DNA from: an uncultured Alphaproteobacteria bacterium
Lineage (GTDB): Bacteria; Pseudomonadota; Alphaproteobacteria; MPNO01; DASWLB01
NCBI GenBank assembly: GCA_963822575.1
Contig: CAWGHZ010000005.1
Coordinates: 108,963 to 172,962, forward strand
Length of the DNA stretch: 64,000 bases
Direction of reading: 5' to 3'
Shown: positions 51,831 to 63,887 of the stretch, piece by piece
Layout of the letters: each line of letters opens with the position of its first letter
How positions within the stretch are numbered: position 1 is the first letter of the stretch
The notes under the pieces: generated by a model
The model's input: the letters and a program-made list of their open reading frames with translations, nothing else
What the model was told of the DNA's origin: nothing
Databases searched by the model: none
Translations under genes and position numbers: made by a program

Positions 51831-53058
51831 TCATCCGCCGGCCAGTGCCTTGATCCAGGCGAGCTGGCGCGGCAGGCAGATGGTCTTGAGGTCGTAAGTG
51901 GCGCGGGCGAAGGCGCGCGCATTGGCGCCGAGTTCGCGCGCGCGCATCCGCGTCGGCGGCAAGCGTGCACACCTTGTCGGCGAGTTGGGCGATATCGAAG
52001 AACGGGAACAGCACGCCCGTCTCGCCGTCGCGAATCGCCTCGCGCAGCGGCTCGGTGTCGCTCGCCACGATGGCGCAGCCGGCGCTCATCGCCTCGAGGA
52101 GGCTCCAGGACAGGACGAACGGGTAGGTCAGGTAGACGTGCACCGTGGAAAGCTGCAGGAGCGGCACGAAATGCCTGTAGGCCACGTTGCCGACGAAATG
52201 CACCCGGCGCATGTCGAGCCGGCCGCGGACCTCGGCGAGGAAGATGTCCTTCCAGTTGTGCCCTTTGGGCGGACGGGCGCCGTAGCTTACGCCGTTGCCG
52301 CCGACGATCAGCACGCGCGCCCGGGGCCGGCGGCGCATGATCTCCGGCAGGGCGCGCATGAACACGTGGTAGCCGCGATAGGGCTCGAGGTTGCGGTTGA
52401 CGAAGGTGATCACCTCATCCGCCCGGTTCATGGACACCCCGCTGGCGAGCCGGGCCCCCACATCGGGGTTGGGCGCGACGAGGTCGGTGTCGATGCCGTC
52501 ATGCGCCACTGTGATGCGCGAGCGCATCGGCTTGGGAAAGGTGGACGCCTGCCATTCGGTGGGCGAGAGGCCGGCGTCGCTCACCTCGAAATGCAGCAGG
52601 TTCGACGCGTTCTTGAGCCGCACGCGGCACACGTCGGCCACGTCGCGCGCCGGGAACTCGGGGTCGAACCCCACGTCGGCGCCGGAGGTCTGGTAGTAGA
52701 ACTCGCAATAGGTGCCGAACCGCGCCTTGGGCCACACGTCCTTGAGGAACAGCCCGTCCCCCCAACCGGGATGCACCACGATGACGTCGGGCGCGAAGCC
52801 GGCGTCGCGCAGCGCAAGGGCCGTTCGGTACGACGCCTCGCCGCGGATCGTCTGCATCTCGATGTCGCGCAGCCAGGGATGGATGCCCTCGGAAGCCGGC
52901 CGCGCGGGCCGGTACAGCACCAGCCGGACGCCGTGCCAGGATTCGGGCACGTTGCGGCGGATGGCGAGCGCCACGACCTCGTGCCCCTCGGCGGCCAGGG
53001 CCGGCGCCAGATGGCGGAACTGGCCGGGAAAGTTCTGATGGGCGAACAGGATGCGCAT
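51831..53058 (-). CDS. GT4 glycosyltransferase (HQNFPGQF type; apparent frameshift near 51935-51946)
   Basis: [30 protein letters not shown]; the tail ELGANAR...[12 protein letters not shown] is in another frame, ending at 51831. Confidence 0.88.
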
Positions 53059-53147
53059 CGCGCCGACGCTCCCGCGGAAAATCGAGGGCGAAGTTACCGG
53101 TGCGCGGCGGCCCGCGCCAGCGCGGCCGCGCCGCCCGGGGCCTGGCG

Positions 53148-53172
53148 GGAACCGGCGGGGCCGGAGGGCGTT
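53148..53172 (+). promoter_or_regulatory. EcfG general stress response promoter
   Basis: GGAAC-N16-CGTT, 41 nt upstream of ATG 53214. Confidence 0.72.
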
Positions 53173-53213
53173 CCCCATCGGCCATCACGGGCCCTCGGGC
53201 CGAGGAGGTTCTG

Positions 53214-53747
53214 ATGCCGATGCGCCGGCGCATTTCCCTGTCCGTCGCCCTTGCTGCCGCCTGCCTGATTGCGGCTCCGGGCTGGTCCGCCCTGGCGCAG
53301 ACTGCGCCCGAAATGGACGGCCACGCCGCGCCGCCCGGCGCGACCCAGCCGCAACCTGGCCCGCACGCCGCACCCCCCGAGGCGAAGCCGGGGCCCCGGC
53401 CGCCGGCCGAGGCCGACGGCAGCGACGGCGACGTCGGCGGCGCGCTGCTCAAGGTGGATGTGATCCGGCTGCAGCGCGGGCTGCGCGCGTCCAAGGTGAT
53501 CGGCGCGCCGGTCTACAACGACGCCAAGGCCAAGATCGGCACGGTCGACGATCTGATCGTCGAGGGCGGCGACCGGCTGCTGTTCGGCGTGATCTCGGTC
53601 GGCGGGTTCCTGGGCGTCGGCGAGCGCCTGGTCGCGGTGCCCTACGCCGCCCTGCTCGTCCAGCCCGACCGGGTGGTGCTGAACGGGGTCACCAAGGCCG
53701 ACCTCGATAAGGCGCCCGAGTTCCGCTACGCCAAAGCGAAGCAATAG
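53214..53747 (+). CDS. Exported PRC-barrel domain protein
   Basis: GGAGG RBS; RASKVIGAPVYN, IG.VDDLIV, SVGGFLGVG, APEFRY. Confidence 0.88.
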   Translation: MPMRRRISLSVALAAACLIAAPGWSALAQTAPEMDGHAAPPGATQPQPGPHAAPPEAKPGPRPPAEADGSDGDVGGALLKVDVIRLQRGLRASKVIGAPVYNDAKAKIGTVDDLIVEGGDRLLFGVISVGGFLGVGERLVAVPYAALLVQPDRVVLNGVTKADLDKAPEFRYAKAKQ

Positions 53748-53750
53748 GCG

Positions 53751-54128
53751 TCAGTTCGGGCGCGACGGGTGGCGGGCGAGCACACGCCGCGCCGCCTCGC
53801 ACACATCGTAGAGGGTAAACGGCTTCGCGATCACCTCGTCGATCAGCGCATCGAGATTGTGCGCGCGCTGGGCCTCGCCGGGATAACCCGTCATCAGGAG
53901 GATCGGCACGCCGGGATGGTCCTTGGCGATGATGAGCGCCAGCTCGATGCCGTCGAGCTCGGGCATCATGATGTCGGCCAGCACCAGGTCGTAGGACTCG
54001 GCCGCCAGCGCATTCAGTGCCTTCACGCCGTCTTCGACCGTGCGCACCACGTGGCCGTCCTGGCCGAGCGCGCGGGCCACGAAATCGCGCATGGCAACCG
54101 AATCTTCGGCAACCAGGATCTTCGCCAC
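53751..54128 (-). CDS. Single-domain response regulator (CpdR-like)
   Basis: [22 protein letters not shown]; GTG start fits the AGGGGAG RBS spacing. Confidence 0.9.
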   Translation of the reverse strand: MAKILVAEDSVAMRDFVARALGQDGHVVRTVEDGVKALNALAAESYDLVLADIMMPELDGIELALIIAKDHPGVPILLMTGYPGEAQRAHNLDALIDEVIAKPFTLYDVCEAARRVLARHPSRPN

Positions 54129-54253
54129 GCCCATCTCCCCTGCGCGGCGTCCGTCGCCGCGCTGCCAGCATGGCGCCACAGGCCTTTCCAATTGGTGAAT
54201 ACGGCGGCGTGACGGGCCTGCCGCAGCCGCGGATCGTGTGCTATCCCCCGGCC

Positions 54254-55306
54254 ATGCGGACCAGCGACTTCGATTTCGACCTGCCGCGCGAGCGGATCGC
54301 CCAGCGCCCCGCCGAGCCGCGCGATTCCGCGCGCCTGCTGGAGGTGCGCCCGGACGCGCTCCACGACCGGACCGTGCGCGACCTGCCCGCCCTCCTGGCG
54401 CCGGGCGACGTCATGGTATTCAACGACACCAGGGTGATCCCGGCGCGGCTCGTCGGGCGGCGCGGCGAAGCGAGAATCGAGGCGACGCTGCATCGCGCGG
54501 ACGGCCCGGCCGCGTGGCGCGCCTTCGCCCGGCCGGCGCGCCGGCTGCGCGTCGGCGACCGGGTCGCGTTCGAGGGCGGCCTTGCGGCGACTGTCGCGGC
54601 GCGCCATGAGGCGGGCGAGGTGACCTTCGCCTTCGACCGCGCCGGCGCGGAGCTGCTTGCCGCGATCGAGCGGTCGGGCCATGTACCGCTGCCGCCCTAT
54701 ATCCGCCGGCCGACGGGCGACGACACGGCCGACCGCACCGCCTACCAGACCATGTTCGCCCGCAACCCCGGCGCGGTGGCGGCGCCGACCGCGGGGCTCC
54801 ACTTCACCCCGGCGCTGGTCGCGGCGCTCGACGCGCGCGGCGTGGCACGCCAGACGATGACCCTGCACGTCGGCGCCGGAACGTTCCTGCCCGTCAAAGC
54901 GGAAGAGCTGAGCGCCCACCGCATGCACGCCGAGTATGGCGAGGTGCCGGCCGGCGCCGCCGAGGCGATCAACCGGGCGCGCGCGGCCGGCAGCCGGATC
55001 GTCGCCTGCGGCACGACGAGCCTGCGCCTTCTGGAATTGGCCGCCGATGCCGAAGGGCGGCTGCACCCCTTCGCCGGCGAGACGGATCTGTTCATCACGC
55101 CGGGCTACCGCTTCCGCGCGGTCGATCTCTTGCTCACCAACTTCCATCTGCCGCGCTCGACCCTGTTCATGCTGGTCGCGGCCTTCGCCGGGCTCGACCG
55201 CATGAAATCGGCCTACGCGCATGCCGTGGCCGCCGGCTACCGCTTCTATTCCTACGGCGACGCCTGCCTGCTGCACCCGGTTGGCCCGGCCGCCGGCCTG
55301 TCCTAG
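54254..55306 (+). CDS. queA: S-adenosylmethionine:tRNA ribosyltransferase-isomerase
   Basis: [45 protein letters not shown]. Confidence 0.97.
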   Translation: MRTSDFDFDLPRERIAQRPAEPRDSARLLEVRPDALHDRTVRDLPALLAPGDVMVFNDTRVIPARLVGRRGEARIEATLHRADGPAAWRAFARPARRLRVGDRVAFEGGLAATVAARHEAGEVTFAFDRAGAELLAAIERSGHVPLPPYIRRPTGDDTADRTAYQTMFARNPGAVAAPTAGLHFTPALVAALDARGVARQTMTLHVGAGTFLPVKAEELSAHRMHAEYGEVPAGAAEAINRARAAGSRIVACGTTSLRLLELAADAEGRLHPFAGETDLFITPGYRFRAVDLLLTNFHLPRSTLFMLVAAFAGLDRMKSAYAHAVAAGYRFYSYGDACLLHPVGPAAGLS

Positions 55307-55315
55307 ATTGCATCC

Positions 55316-55766
55316 ATGTCCGACCAGACCAAACTGAGCCAGCTCGGCCACCCGACGGCGCTTCCCGAGTCGCCCGAGGCGGCCAGGATCGAGCGCGTCG
55401 CCAACCCGGACCGCGGCTCGGCCTACCTGGTGCGGTTCACCTGCCCCGAGTTCACCGCCCTCTGCCCGATCACCGGCCAGCCCGACTTCGCGCACCTGGT
55501 GATCGACTACGTGCCCGACGCCTGGCTGGTGGAATCGAAGTCGCTGAAGCTCTATCTTGGCGCGTTCCGCAACCATGGCGCGTTCCACGAGGCCTGCACC
55601 CTGGCGATCGCCCAGCGCCTCGGCCGCGAGATCGCGCCCCAGTGGCTCCGCATCGGGGGGTACTGGTATCCGCGCGGCGGGATGCCGATCGACGTGTTCT
55701 ACCAGACCGGCGCGCCGCCCGCGGGGCTGTGGCTGCCCGACCAGGGGGTGGCGCCCTATCGCGGCC

Positions 55767-55774
<8 letters not shown>
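55316..55774 (+). CDS. queF: NADPH-dependent preQ0 reductase (type I)
   Basis: [32 protein letters not shown]. Confidence 0.96.
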
Positions 55775-56924
<1,150 letters not shown>

Positions 56925-56941
56925 CCATTCGCGCCGCGCGC

Positions 56942-57078
56942 TTTACAGAATCCCGCGGATGTGGGGATTCGGCCTAAAAACCGTCGGTAGATTTTACAAC
57001 TGCGCGGGGCCGGCCCCTCCCCTTTCCATAGAAGCCATTGATATTCCACACGTTCCGAATTGTGGCACGATTCTTGCA
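56942..57078 (+). promoter_or_regulatory. PEP-CTERM-type promoter: TTTACA boxes, IHF-like site and sigma-54 site
   Basis: TTTACA at 56942 and 56993; TATCAA-TGGC-TTC (minus strand, 57031-57043); TGGCACGATTCTTGCA at 57063-57078. Confidence 0.78.
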
Positions 57079-57155
57079 TGGGATTGGGCAGAGAGCTGCG
57101 CGGTGGCGGTGATCCGACCGTCCCGGTACATAAACAAGAGTTAGCGTGAGGGGTC

Positions 57156-58445
57156 ATGATGGACATTCGTGAGCGGCTTGTCGAAGGGGCTGGCAGTTTC
57201 GACGCAATCAAGTGGATGAAGGCCGGGGTCGCCGTTTCGGCCGTGGCTGCGATCGCGGCGTTTTCGGCGCCGGGGGCCAAGGCCGACGCCTTGTCGAGCA
57301 GCATTTCAATTAACGGGGATCTGACCGACTGGGGCGTGAACGTCCTGAGTGGCTCCGCCAACGGCGGCATCAATGGTGCAACCCAGTATCCGTGCGGCGG
57401 CGCCGTGAACAGCGCGACCTGCACCAACGGCAACACGGCCACAGTTCCGAATCCGCCGCTCAGCAATACAGTCAACGCCAATCCGGCCGTTGGACAGGCC
57501 GGCGGCGTGAGCACCGGGACGAGCTACACCGTGCAATCGGGCGTTACTGAAATTACCGGGGCGACCAGCCCACAAATCGTTGCGCCGGTGACCGGAGCGG
57601 TGAACCCCTTTATCGAGGATTCCAACGACAACAACGGCACCGGCTCAAACGTGGGTCCGGTTCAGGGCGGCCAGAGATACGATTCCGAATTTCTGGCGGT
57701 CGCCGTGAAGCAAGGCACGACCCCGGGGATTGCCGGCGCGACAATCTACATCGCTTATATGAGCGGTCATACCACAGCGAACCCGGCAAACGAGTTCGGC
57801 CCGGGTGACATCTTTATTACGCCAATAGTGGACTCGACGGCGCAGAAGTCCACAACTTACGCCGTCGAAACCGGCAGTCTGACCGCGGCAGGGACCGCCG
57901 GCACCTATTTCACCCTCAATGGCAGCGGCTACACGACGGCCGCCCACACCGCCCAAACGACCGTCGGCGGCATCTATCTGGTCGACGCGACGAACGCGCA
58001 GACGAACCCCACGACCGATGGGGGCACCGGCAACCCGAATGACGTGATCGACACCCTTTTCCCGTCGACCGCTCACGGAGGCGTCGATGCCCAGTATCCG
58101 ATCCAGATCAGCGGCAGCGTCGATGGCAGCGATCTGCAAGCGATGAGCGACTATGCGACGGCCGTGGACGGGGATCACCAGATCATCGAACTGGCGTTTT
58201 CCGCTTCGGTGCTCGCGCCCTACATGACCAATCTCGACGGCACGCCCTACAGCGGGACGGGCGAGGCGTACTTGCAGTTCAGCGTCTATACCGGGCCCGA
58301 CTGCGGCAACGACGTTGTGGCCACGCAGGTCGAGATCGGCTGGCAGGAGGCGCCCGAGCCCGGCACGCTGGCGATCTTCGCGGTGGGGCTTATCGGGCTC
58401 GGCTTCCCGATGGTGCGGTCCCGCCGCCGCGCGCGCGCCGCGTAA
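57156..58445 (+). CDS. PEP-CTERM sorting domain protein
   Basis: Signal peptide, Thr/Gly/Asn/Ser-rich body, C-terminal APEPGTL + TM helix + RSRRRAR. Confidence 0.93.
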   Translation: MMDIRERLVEGAGSFDAIKWMKAGVAVSAVAAIAAFSAPGAKADALSSSISINGDLTDWGVNVLSGSANGGINGATQYPCGGAVNSATCTNGNTATVPNPPLSNTVNANPAVGQAGGVSTGTSYTVQSGVTEITGATSPQIVAPVTGAVNPFIEDSNDNNGTGSNVGPVQGGQRYDSEFLAVAVKQGTTPGIAGATIYIAYMSGHTTANPANEFGPGDIFITPIVDSTAQKSTTYAVETGSLTAAGTAGTYFTLNGSGYTTAAHTAQTTVGGIYLVDATNAQTNPTTDGGTGNPNDVIDTLFPSTAHGGVDAQYPIQISGSVDGSDLQAMSDYATAVDGDHQIIELAFSASVLAPYMTNLDGTPYSGTGEAYLQFSVYTGPDCGNDVVATQVEIGWQEAPEPGTLAIFAVGLIGLGFPMVRSRRRARAA

Positions 58446-58464
58446 GCGCGCGCTGGGGTGTGCG

Positions 58465-58490
58465 AAAGGGCGGCCTCGGGCCGCCCTTTT
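58465..58490 (+). terminator. Rho-independent terminator
   Basis: AAAGGGCGGCC-TCG-GGCCGCCCTTTT. Confidence 0.85.
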
Positions 58491-58563
58491 CGTTTGCGGG
58501 CCGTTTCCGCCCGGGCCACGGCGCACTGGACATCCGCCCCCGCCGGTCCCTATAACCCGCGCC

Positions 58564-59701
58564 ATGCGCGCCGAAACCCACGATCTCATCGCCGACATCG
58601 AGCGGTCGCTCGCACTGCTCGGGAGGCATCTTTGACGTCGACGGCTCCGAAAAGCGCCTCGCCGAGCTGAACGCGAAGGCCGAAGACCCCGACCTCTGGA
58701 ACGACCCGGCCGCCGCCCAGGCGGTGATGCGCGAGCGCACCCGGCTCGACCACGCGCTGGTTGCCTACCGCGCCCTTACCCAGGAGCTGGCCGACAACCG
58801 CGAGCTGATCGCGCTGGGCGAGGCGGAGGAGGACGCGGGCGTGGTCGCCGAGGCCGAGGCGGCGCTCGAAAAGCTCCGCAACCGCGCCAGCAAGCTGGAG
58901 CTCGAAAGCCTGCTGTCGGGCGAGGCGGACGCCAACGACGCGTTCGTCGAAATCCATGCCGGGGCGGGCGGCACCGAGTCCCAGGACTGGGCCGAGATGC
59001 TGGCCCGGATGTATGCGCGCTGGGCCGAGGACCACGGCTACAAGGTCGAGTGGCTCGAGGAGAGCGCGGGCGAGCAGGCGGGCATCAAGTCGGCCACTTT
59101 GCGCGTCTCCGGCCTCAACGCCTATGGCTGGCTCAAGACCGAGTCCGGCGTGCACCGCCTGGTGCGCATCTCGCCGTTCGACGCCAACGCCCGGCGCCAG
59201 ACGAGCTTCGCCTCGGTCTGGGTCTACCCGGTGATCGACGAGACGATCGACATCGAGATCCTCGACAAGGACCTCCGGGTGGACACCTACCGCGCCTCCG
59301 GCGCCGGCGGCCAGCACGTCAACAAGACCAATTCCGCCGTGCGCCTCACCCATTTGCCGACCGGCATCGTCGTCGCCTGCCAGACCGACCGGTCGCAGCA
59401 CCGCAACCGCGCGGCGGCCATGGCCATGCTGCGCGCCCGGCTCTACGAGGCCGAGCTGCGCAAGCGCGAGGAGGCGGCGCAGGCCACCCACGACGCCAAG
59501 ACCGACATCGGCTGGGGCCACCAGATCCGGTCCTACGTCCTGCACCCCTACCAAATGGTCAAGGATTTGCGCACCGACGTCGAGACCTCGAACACCCAGG
59601 CGGTGCTCGACGGCGACATCGACGCGTTCATGGCCGCGGCGCTGGCCCAGCGGGTGGGCGGGGCGGCCGCGACCGGCGCCGCCCCGCACGGCAACGGATA
59701 G
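58564..59701 (+). CDS. prfB: Peptide chain release factor 2 with programmed +1 frameshift
   Basis: GGGAGG-CAT-CTT-TGA-C at 58621-58636; SPF and GGQ motifs in the +1 frame. Confidence 0.97.
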
Positions 59702-59920
59702 ACTTCCGCGGGGCTTCCGGTCCTGCCGCCAAGTCGCGGCGTGAAGATTTTCCTTGTGTCCAAGTCGCAAATGCGTAGCATTGGCGTATTGGAAGCCGCG
59801 CATTCGCTGGGGATTTACGTGCCGGAGCGCAACCGGCCGGCATTCGGTCTCAACGACAATGTGGTGGCGTCGAGGACCGCCGGTCATCCCCGGCGGTGCA
59901 GTGCATAATTGGGAGGCGAC

Positions 59921-60127
59921 ATGGCGACCGGTACCGTGAAGTGGTTCAACCAGGCCAAAGGCTATGGCTTCATCACCCCGGACGAGGGCGGCAAGGACGT
60001 GTTCGTGCACATCTCAGCCGTGCAGCAGGCCGGGCTCGGCTCGCTCGACGAGGGCCAGCGCGTCCAGTACGAGAGCGTGAACGAGGCGCGCGGCATGAAG
60101 GCGATCAATATCGGCGCCGCCGAGTAG
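59921..60127 (+). CDS. Cold-shock protein
   Basis: GTVKWFN, KGYGFI (RNP1), VFVHIS (RNP2). Confidence 0.95.
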   Translation: MATGTVKWFNQAKGYGFITPDEGGKDVFVHISAVQQAGLGSLDEGQRVQYESVNEARGMKAINIGAAE

Positions 60128-60243
60128 GCGTCGCCACCCACGCTTCGGCAGGTCCCAGGCAGGTCCGGCCCGCCCCTTGCCGCACCGGCCGGGGGCGGGT
60201 ATATACGCGCGGCTGGACGAGCCGGCCCCGATGGAGACGCGCG

Positions 60244-60468
60244 ATGAAGACCGATATCCACCCCGACTATCACCAGATCAACGTGATCATGACCGACGGC
60301 ACGACCTACAAGACCCGGTCGACCTGGGGCAAGGAAGGCGACACGCTGCGCCTCGACATCAACTCGCGCTCGCACCCGGCCTGGACGGGCCAGCACCGGC
60401 TGGTCGATTCCGGCGGCCAGGTCGCCAAGTTCAACAAGCGGTTCGCCGGGCTCGGCCTCAAGAGCTGA
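60244..60468 (+). CDS. rpmE: 50S ribosomal protein L31 (Cys-free type)
   Basis: MK.DIHPDYH, HPAWTG, G.V.KFNKRF. Confidence 0.96.
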   Translation: MKTDIHPDYHQINVIMTDGTTYKTRSTWGKEGDTLRLDINSRSHPAWTGQHRLVDSGGQVAKFNKRFAGLGLKS

Positions 60469-60484
60469 CGCCGCGCCTTGCGGC

Positions 60485-60581
60485 AAAAAAAGAGCCGCCC
60501 GAAGGCGGCTCAAGTTCAACAGGGAGGCGTCAAAAGGATTGGATGAGGATCCAATGACATTCCGGACGAACCGGTCTGTCG
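60485..60581 (-). ncRNA. Candidate small RNA, suhB/MmgR (alpha-r8)-like
   Basis: Two 5' hairpins, unpaired GACGCCTCCCTGTTGAACT anti-SD tract, terminator GAGCCGCC-TTCG-GGCGGCTC-T7; TATGTT -10 element. 5' end approximate. Confidence 0.68.
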
Positions 60582-60604
60582 AGGCTGAACATAGGGGCGT
60601 GCAG

Positions 60605-60619
60605 TAAAGGAATGGTTAA
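60605..60619 (-). promoter_or_regulatory. CtrA-like box at the sRNA promoter
   Basis: TTAA-CCATTCC-TTTA, containing the TTAACCAT half-site. Confidence 0.5.
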
Positions 60620-60764
60620 CGCCGCAACCTGAATCTCGGTTTGCGGCGATTTTGGGTCCGGGCAGGAGCGGCGGGTGGCCACCGAAGTTATTGATTTCGG
60701 TGGCTTTTTCGTGGCTGGCACGCGCCGGCCCCGCCTCCGCGAAAAATTTTTATCCGGGCCGCCC

Positions 60765-61169
60765 CTATTCCCCCTTCGGCGGATCGATGGGGGCCCCGGA
60801 CTTGATCCAGGCCTCCATGCCGCCTTCGATATGGGCGACGGGCTTGAGCCCCATGTCCTGCGCGCACTTGGCGGCCAGCGCCGAGCGCAGCCCGCCCGCG
60901 CAGTAGAACACGAAGGTCCTGTCCTCGGAGAAGAACGGCTTGTGGTAGGACGAGGCGGGGTCGAGCCAGAATTCGAGCATGCCGCGCGGCACGTGGCGCG
61001 CGCCGGGGATGCGGCCGGTCTTGGCGAGCTCGCGCACGTCGCGGAGGTCGATGAAGGTCACGTCGTCGCGCCCGACCAGCGCCTTGGCCTCGGCGACCGA
61101 GAGCGTCTTCACCTGGGCGTTGGCTTCGTCCACCATCTGTTTCGCCGAACGGGTGATGGTCTGCGCCAT
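60765..61169 (-). CDS. Rhodanese-like domain protein
   Basis: IDLRD.RE, RGMLEF, FYCAGGLRSAL, GG..AW. Confidence 0.92.
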   Translation of the reverse strand: MAQTITRSAKQMVDEANAQVKTLSVAEAKALVGRDDVTFIDLRDVRELAKTGRIPGARHVPRGMLEFWLDPASSYHKPFFSEDRTFVFYCAGGLRSALAAKCAQDMGLKPVAHIEGGMEAWIKSGAPIDPPKGE

Positions 61170-61228
61170 GTCATGCCTCGCGGTTGTTGGACGCGTGACT
61201 CTGCCACATCGCGGCGCTTCCCACTAGA

Positions 61229-62891
61229 ATGGGCTCGATGCCCGCGCCGATCCTCTCCCTGCTCAACGCCGACGCGCTCGCCCGCCACACGCGCGACGGG
61301 CTGTGGCGCGACGAAACGGTCTACGACGCGGCCGCCGCGCACGCGCGCGCGGCGCCCGACGCGGTCGCCGTCGTCGACCGCTGGCGGCGCCTGACGTGGC
61401 GCGAGCTCGTCGCGCTGGCCGACGAAGTCGCCGCAGATTTCGCCGCGCACGGCCTCGCGCCCGGCCACCGCGTCCTCCTCTGGATGCCGGGGCGGATCGA
61501 GATCGTGGCGGCGCTGCTCGCTTCCTCGCGCGCCGGGCTGGTCGGCTGCCCCTCGCCCCACCGCAACCACACGGTGGCCGAGGTGATGGCGCTGGCCGAG
61601 CGCACGCGCGCGGCGGCCATTCTCTACCAACCGGGCTTCGGCGCCGACGCCGCGACGGCCGATTTCCCCGCCGCGCTCGCCGCCCTGCCTGCGCTCAGGC
61701 GCGTCATCGCCCTGCCGCCGGCCGGCGCGGCGCCGCCCTTCGCCGGGCTTCTGACCGATGGCCCGGTTCCCGCGCCGGTGCGCGATCCCAACGCCGTCAG
61801 CTACCTCGCCTTCACCTCAGGCTCGACCGGCCAGCCCAAGGGGGTGATGCATTCCGACAACACGCTGCTGGCGTGCCCGCGGGCGATTTGCGACGACTGG
61901 CGGATCGGGCCGGAACTCGGTCGTCTATTCGCTGAGCCCGTTCTCGCACAATCTCGGCATGGGAGCGTGGCTCACCGCTTTGGTCGCCGGGTGCCCGTTC
62001 GTGATCCACGACCTCGCGCGGGGCGAGGGCCTGGTCGACCGGCTGGTCGCGACCGGCACGACGTACCTCGTGGGCGTGCCGACCCACGCGATCGATCTGG
62101 TGGCCGAGCTGGAGGCGCGCGGGATGGACAAATGCGGCCGGCTTTCGGGCTTCCGCGTCTCGGGCGCCGCCGCCGCGCGCCCGACGATGGAGGCGCTGCT
62201 CGCGCACCACATTACGCCGCAATCGGGCTACGGCATGACCGAGAACAACGCGCACCAGTACACGCTGCCGGACGACGGCGTGGACCGCATCACCGGCACG
62301 TCCGGCCGCGCCTGCCGCGGCTACGAGCTTTGCGTGTTCGACGCCGACGACCGCGACCGCACGCTTCCGCCGGGCGCGGTGGGCGAGATCGCCGGGCGCG
62401 GCGCGAGCCTGATGCTGGGCTATTTCGACGACCAGCTCGCCACCGAGGCGGCGTTCAACCGCGACGGCTGGTTCATGACGGGCGATCTCGGCCGGCTCGA
62501 CGGCAATGGGTATCTGCAGATCACCGGGCGCAAGAAGGACGTCATCATCCGCGGCGGGCACAACGTCAACCCTGGCCGGATCGAGGCGCTGGCGCTGCGC
62601 CACGCGGACGTGGCGCATGCCGCCGCGCTGGGCGTCGCCGACGCGCGGCTGGGCGAACGCATCTGCCTTGCCGTGGGCGCGCGGCCGGGCGCGCGCGTGA
62701 CCGCCGAGGCGATCCTCGCCCATCTCGGCCAGGCCGGCCTTTCGCGCTACGAAATGCCGGAGCTCTTCGTCGCGCTCGAGGACCTGCCGCTGATGGCGAA
62801 CGGCAAGCTGCGCAAGCAGGAGATTGCGGCGGCGATCCGCGAGGGGCGGCTCGTGCCGGAGCCGGTGCGCCCGGCCGAAGCGGGAGCGTGA
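61229..62891 (+). CDS. AMP-dependent acyl-CoA ligase (apparent frameshift near 61912-61917)
   Basis: FTSGSTGQPKGVMH in the first frame; SPFSHNLG, YGMTE, TGD, GRKKD..IRGG and GK in the second frame. Confidence 0.88.
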
Positions 62892-62893
62892 CG

Positions 62894-63886
62894 ATGCGCG
62901 CGGTGGTGGTGGACGCATACGGGCCGATCGAGACGACGCGCTACGGCGAGTTTCCCGACCCCGTGCCGAAGCCGGACGAGCTGCTGGTCGAGGTGCGCGC
63001 GACGGCGGCGAACCTTGTCGACATCATCCAGATCACCGGCGCCTACCAGTTCCGCCCGCCCGTCCCCTTCGTACCCGGCAAGGGGCCGGCCGGCGTGGTG
63101 CGGGCGGCCGGCGCGGCGACGACGGGGTTTGCGGCGGGCGACCGCGTGCTCGCCATGGCCGAGCTCGGCGGGTTCGCGGCGTCGATCGCCGTGCCGGCGA
63201 ACATCTGCTACCGCCTGCCCGACGCCATGTCGTTCGTCGACGCGGCGTCGATGGCGCTGGTCTACGACACGGCCTGGTTCGCGCTGCGCGAGCGCGGGCG
63301 CGTAAAGGAGGGCGAGACGGTGCTGGTGCTGGGCGCGACGGGCGGGGTCGGGCTTGCCGCCGTCGCTCTCGCCAAGGCGTTCGGCTGCCGCGTGCTCGCC
63401 GCGGCGGCGAACCCGGCGAAGTTCGATCTGGCGCGCGCGGCGGGCGCGGACTCCATCGTCGATCTGTCGCGGCCCGATTTGAACGAAACGTTGCGCGAAA
63501 AAGTGTTCGCCGAGACCGGCGGGCGCGGCGCCGACGTGGTGGTCGATCCCGTGGGTGGCGACATCTTCGACGCGGCGATCCGCGCCGTTGCCTGGCGCGG
63601 GCGGCTGGTCGTCGTGGGCTTCGCCGCCGGGCGCATCCCGACGCTCCGCGCCAACTACCTGCTGGTCAAGAACATCGAGGTGTCGGGCCTGCAGATCAGC
63701 GACTATCGCCGCCGCATGCCGGGGATGGCGGCCGACTGCTTCCGCGAGATTTTCGCGCTGTACGAGGCGGGCAAGATCAGGGCGCTGCCGACCGCGACCC
63801 TGCCGATCGCGCGCTACCTCGAAGCGCTCGTTGCGCTCCGCGACCGCACCGTCCGCGGCCGCATCGTGCTGACCCAGGGCGGCTGA
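62894..63886 (+). CDS. NADPH:quinone oxidoreductase (MDR/zeta-crystallin family)
   Basis: G.YQ.RPP.PFVPG, LGATGGVG, DPVGGD, VGFAAG.IP. Confidence 0.9.
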   Translation: MRAVVVDAYGPIETTRYGEFPDPVPKPDELLVEVRATAANLVDIIQITGAYQFRPPVPFVPGKGPAGVVRAAGAATTGFAAGDRVLAMAELGGFAASIAVPANICYRLPDAMSFVDAASMALVYDTAWFALRERGRVKEGETVLVLGATGGVGLAAVALAKAFGCRVLAAAANPAKFDLARAAGADSIVDLSRPDLNETLREKVFAETGGRGADVVVDPVGGDIFDAAIRAVAWRGRLVVVGFAAGRIPTLRANYLLVKNIEVSGLQISDYRRRMPGMAADCFREIFALYEAGKIRALPTATLPIARYLEALVALRDRTVRGRIVLTQGG

Positions 63887-63887
63887 G

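Noticed and set aside
54135-54253. preQ1 riboswitch upstream of queA
   Set aside because: No preQ1 aptamer consensus or A-rich tail is visible; the region is a short divergent promoter.
58621-58636. Frameshift in prfB as a novelty or error
   Set aside because: It is the canonical RF2 autoregulatory +1 frameshift (SD-like sequence plus CTT TGA C).
59702-59920. cspA-type thermosensor leader
   Set aside because: A long leader is plausible, but I could not match a defined structure by eye.
60244-60468. Zinc-free L31 as a zinc-starvation paralog
   Set aside because: Cys-free L31 is the usual form in Alphaproteobacteria, and no Zur box was recognised.
61229-63886. 885-aa ligase-quinone reductase fusion
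   Set aside because: Artefact of the frameshift near 61915; the ligase ends at 62891 and the reductase starts at 62894.
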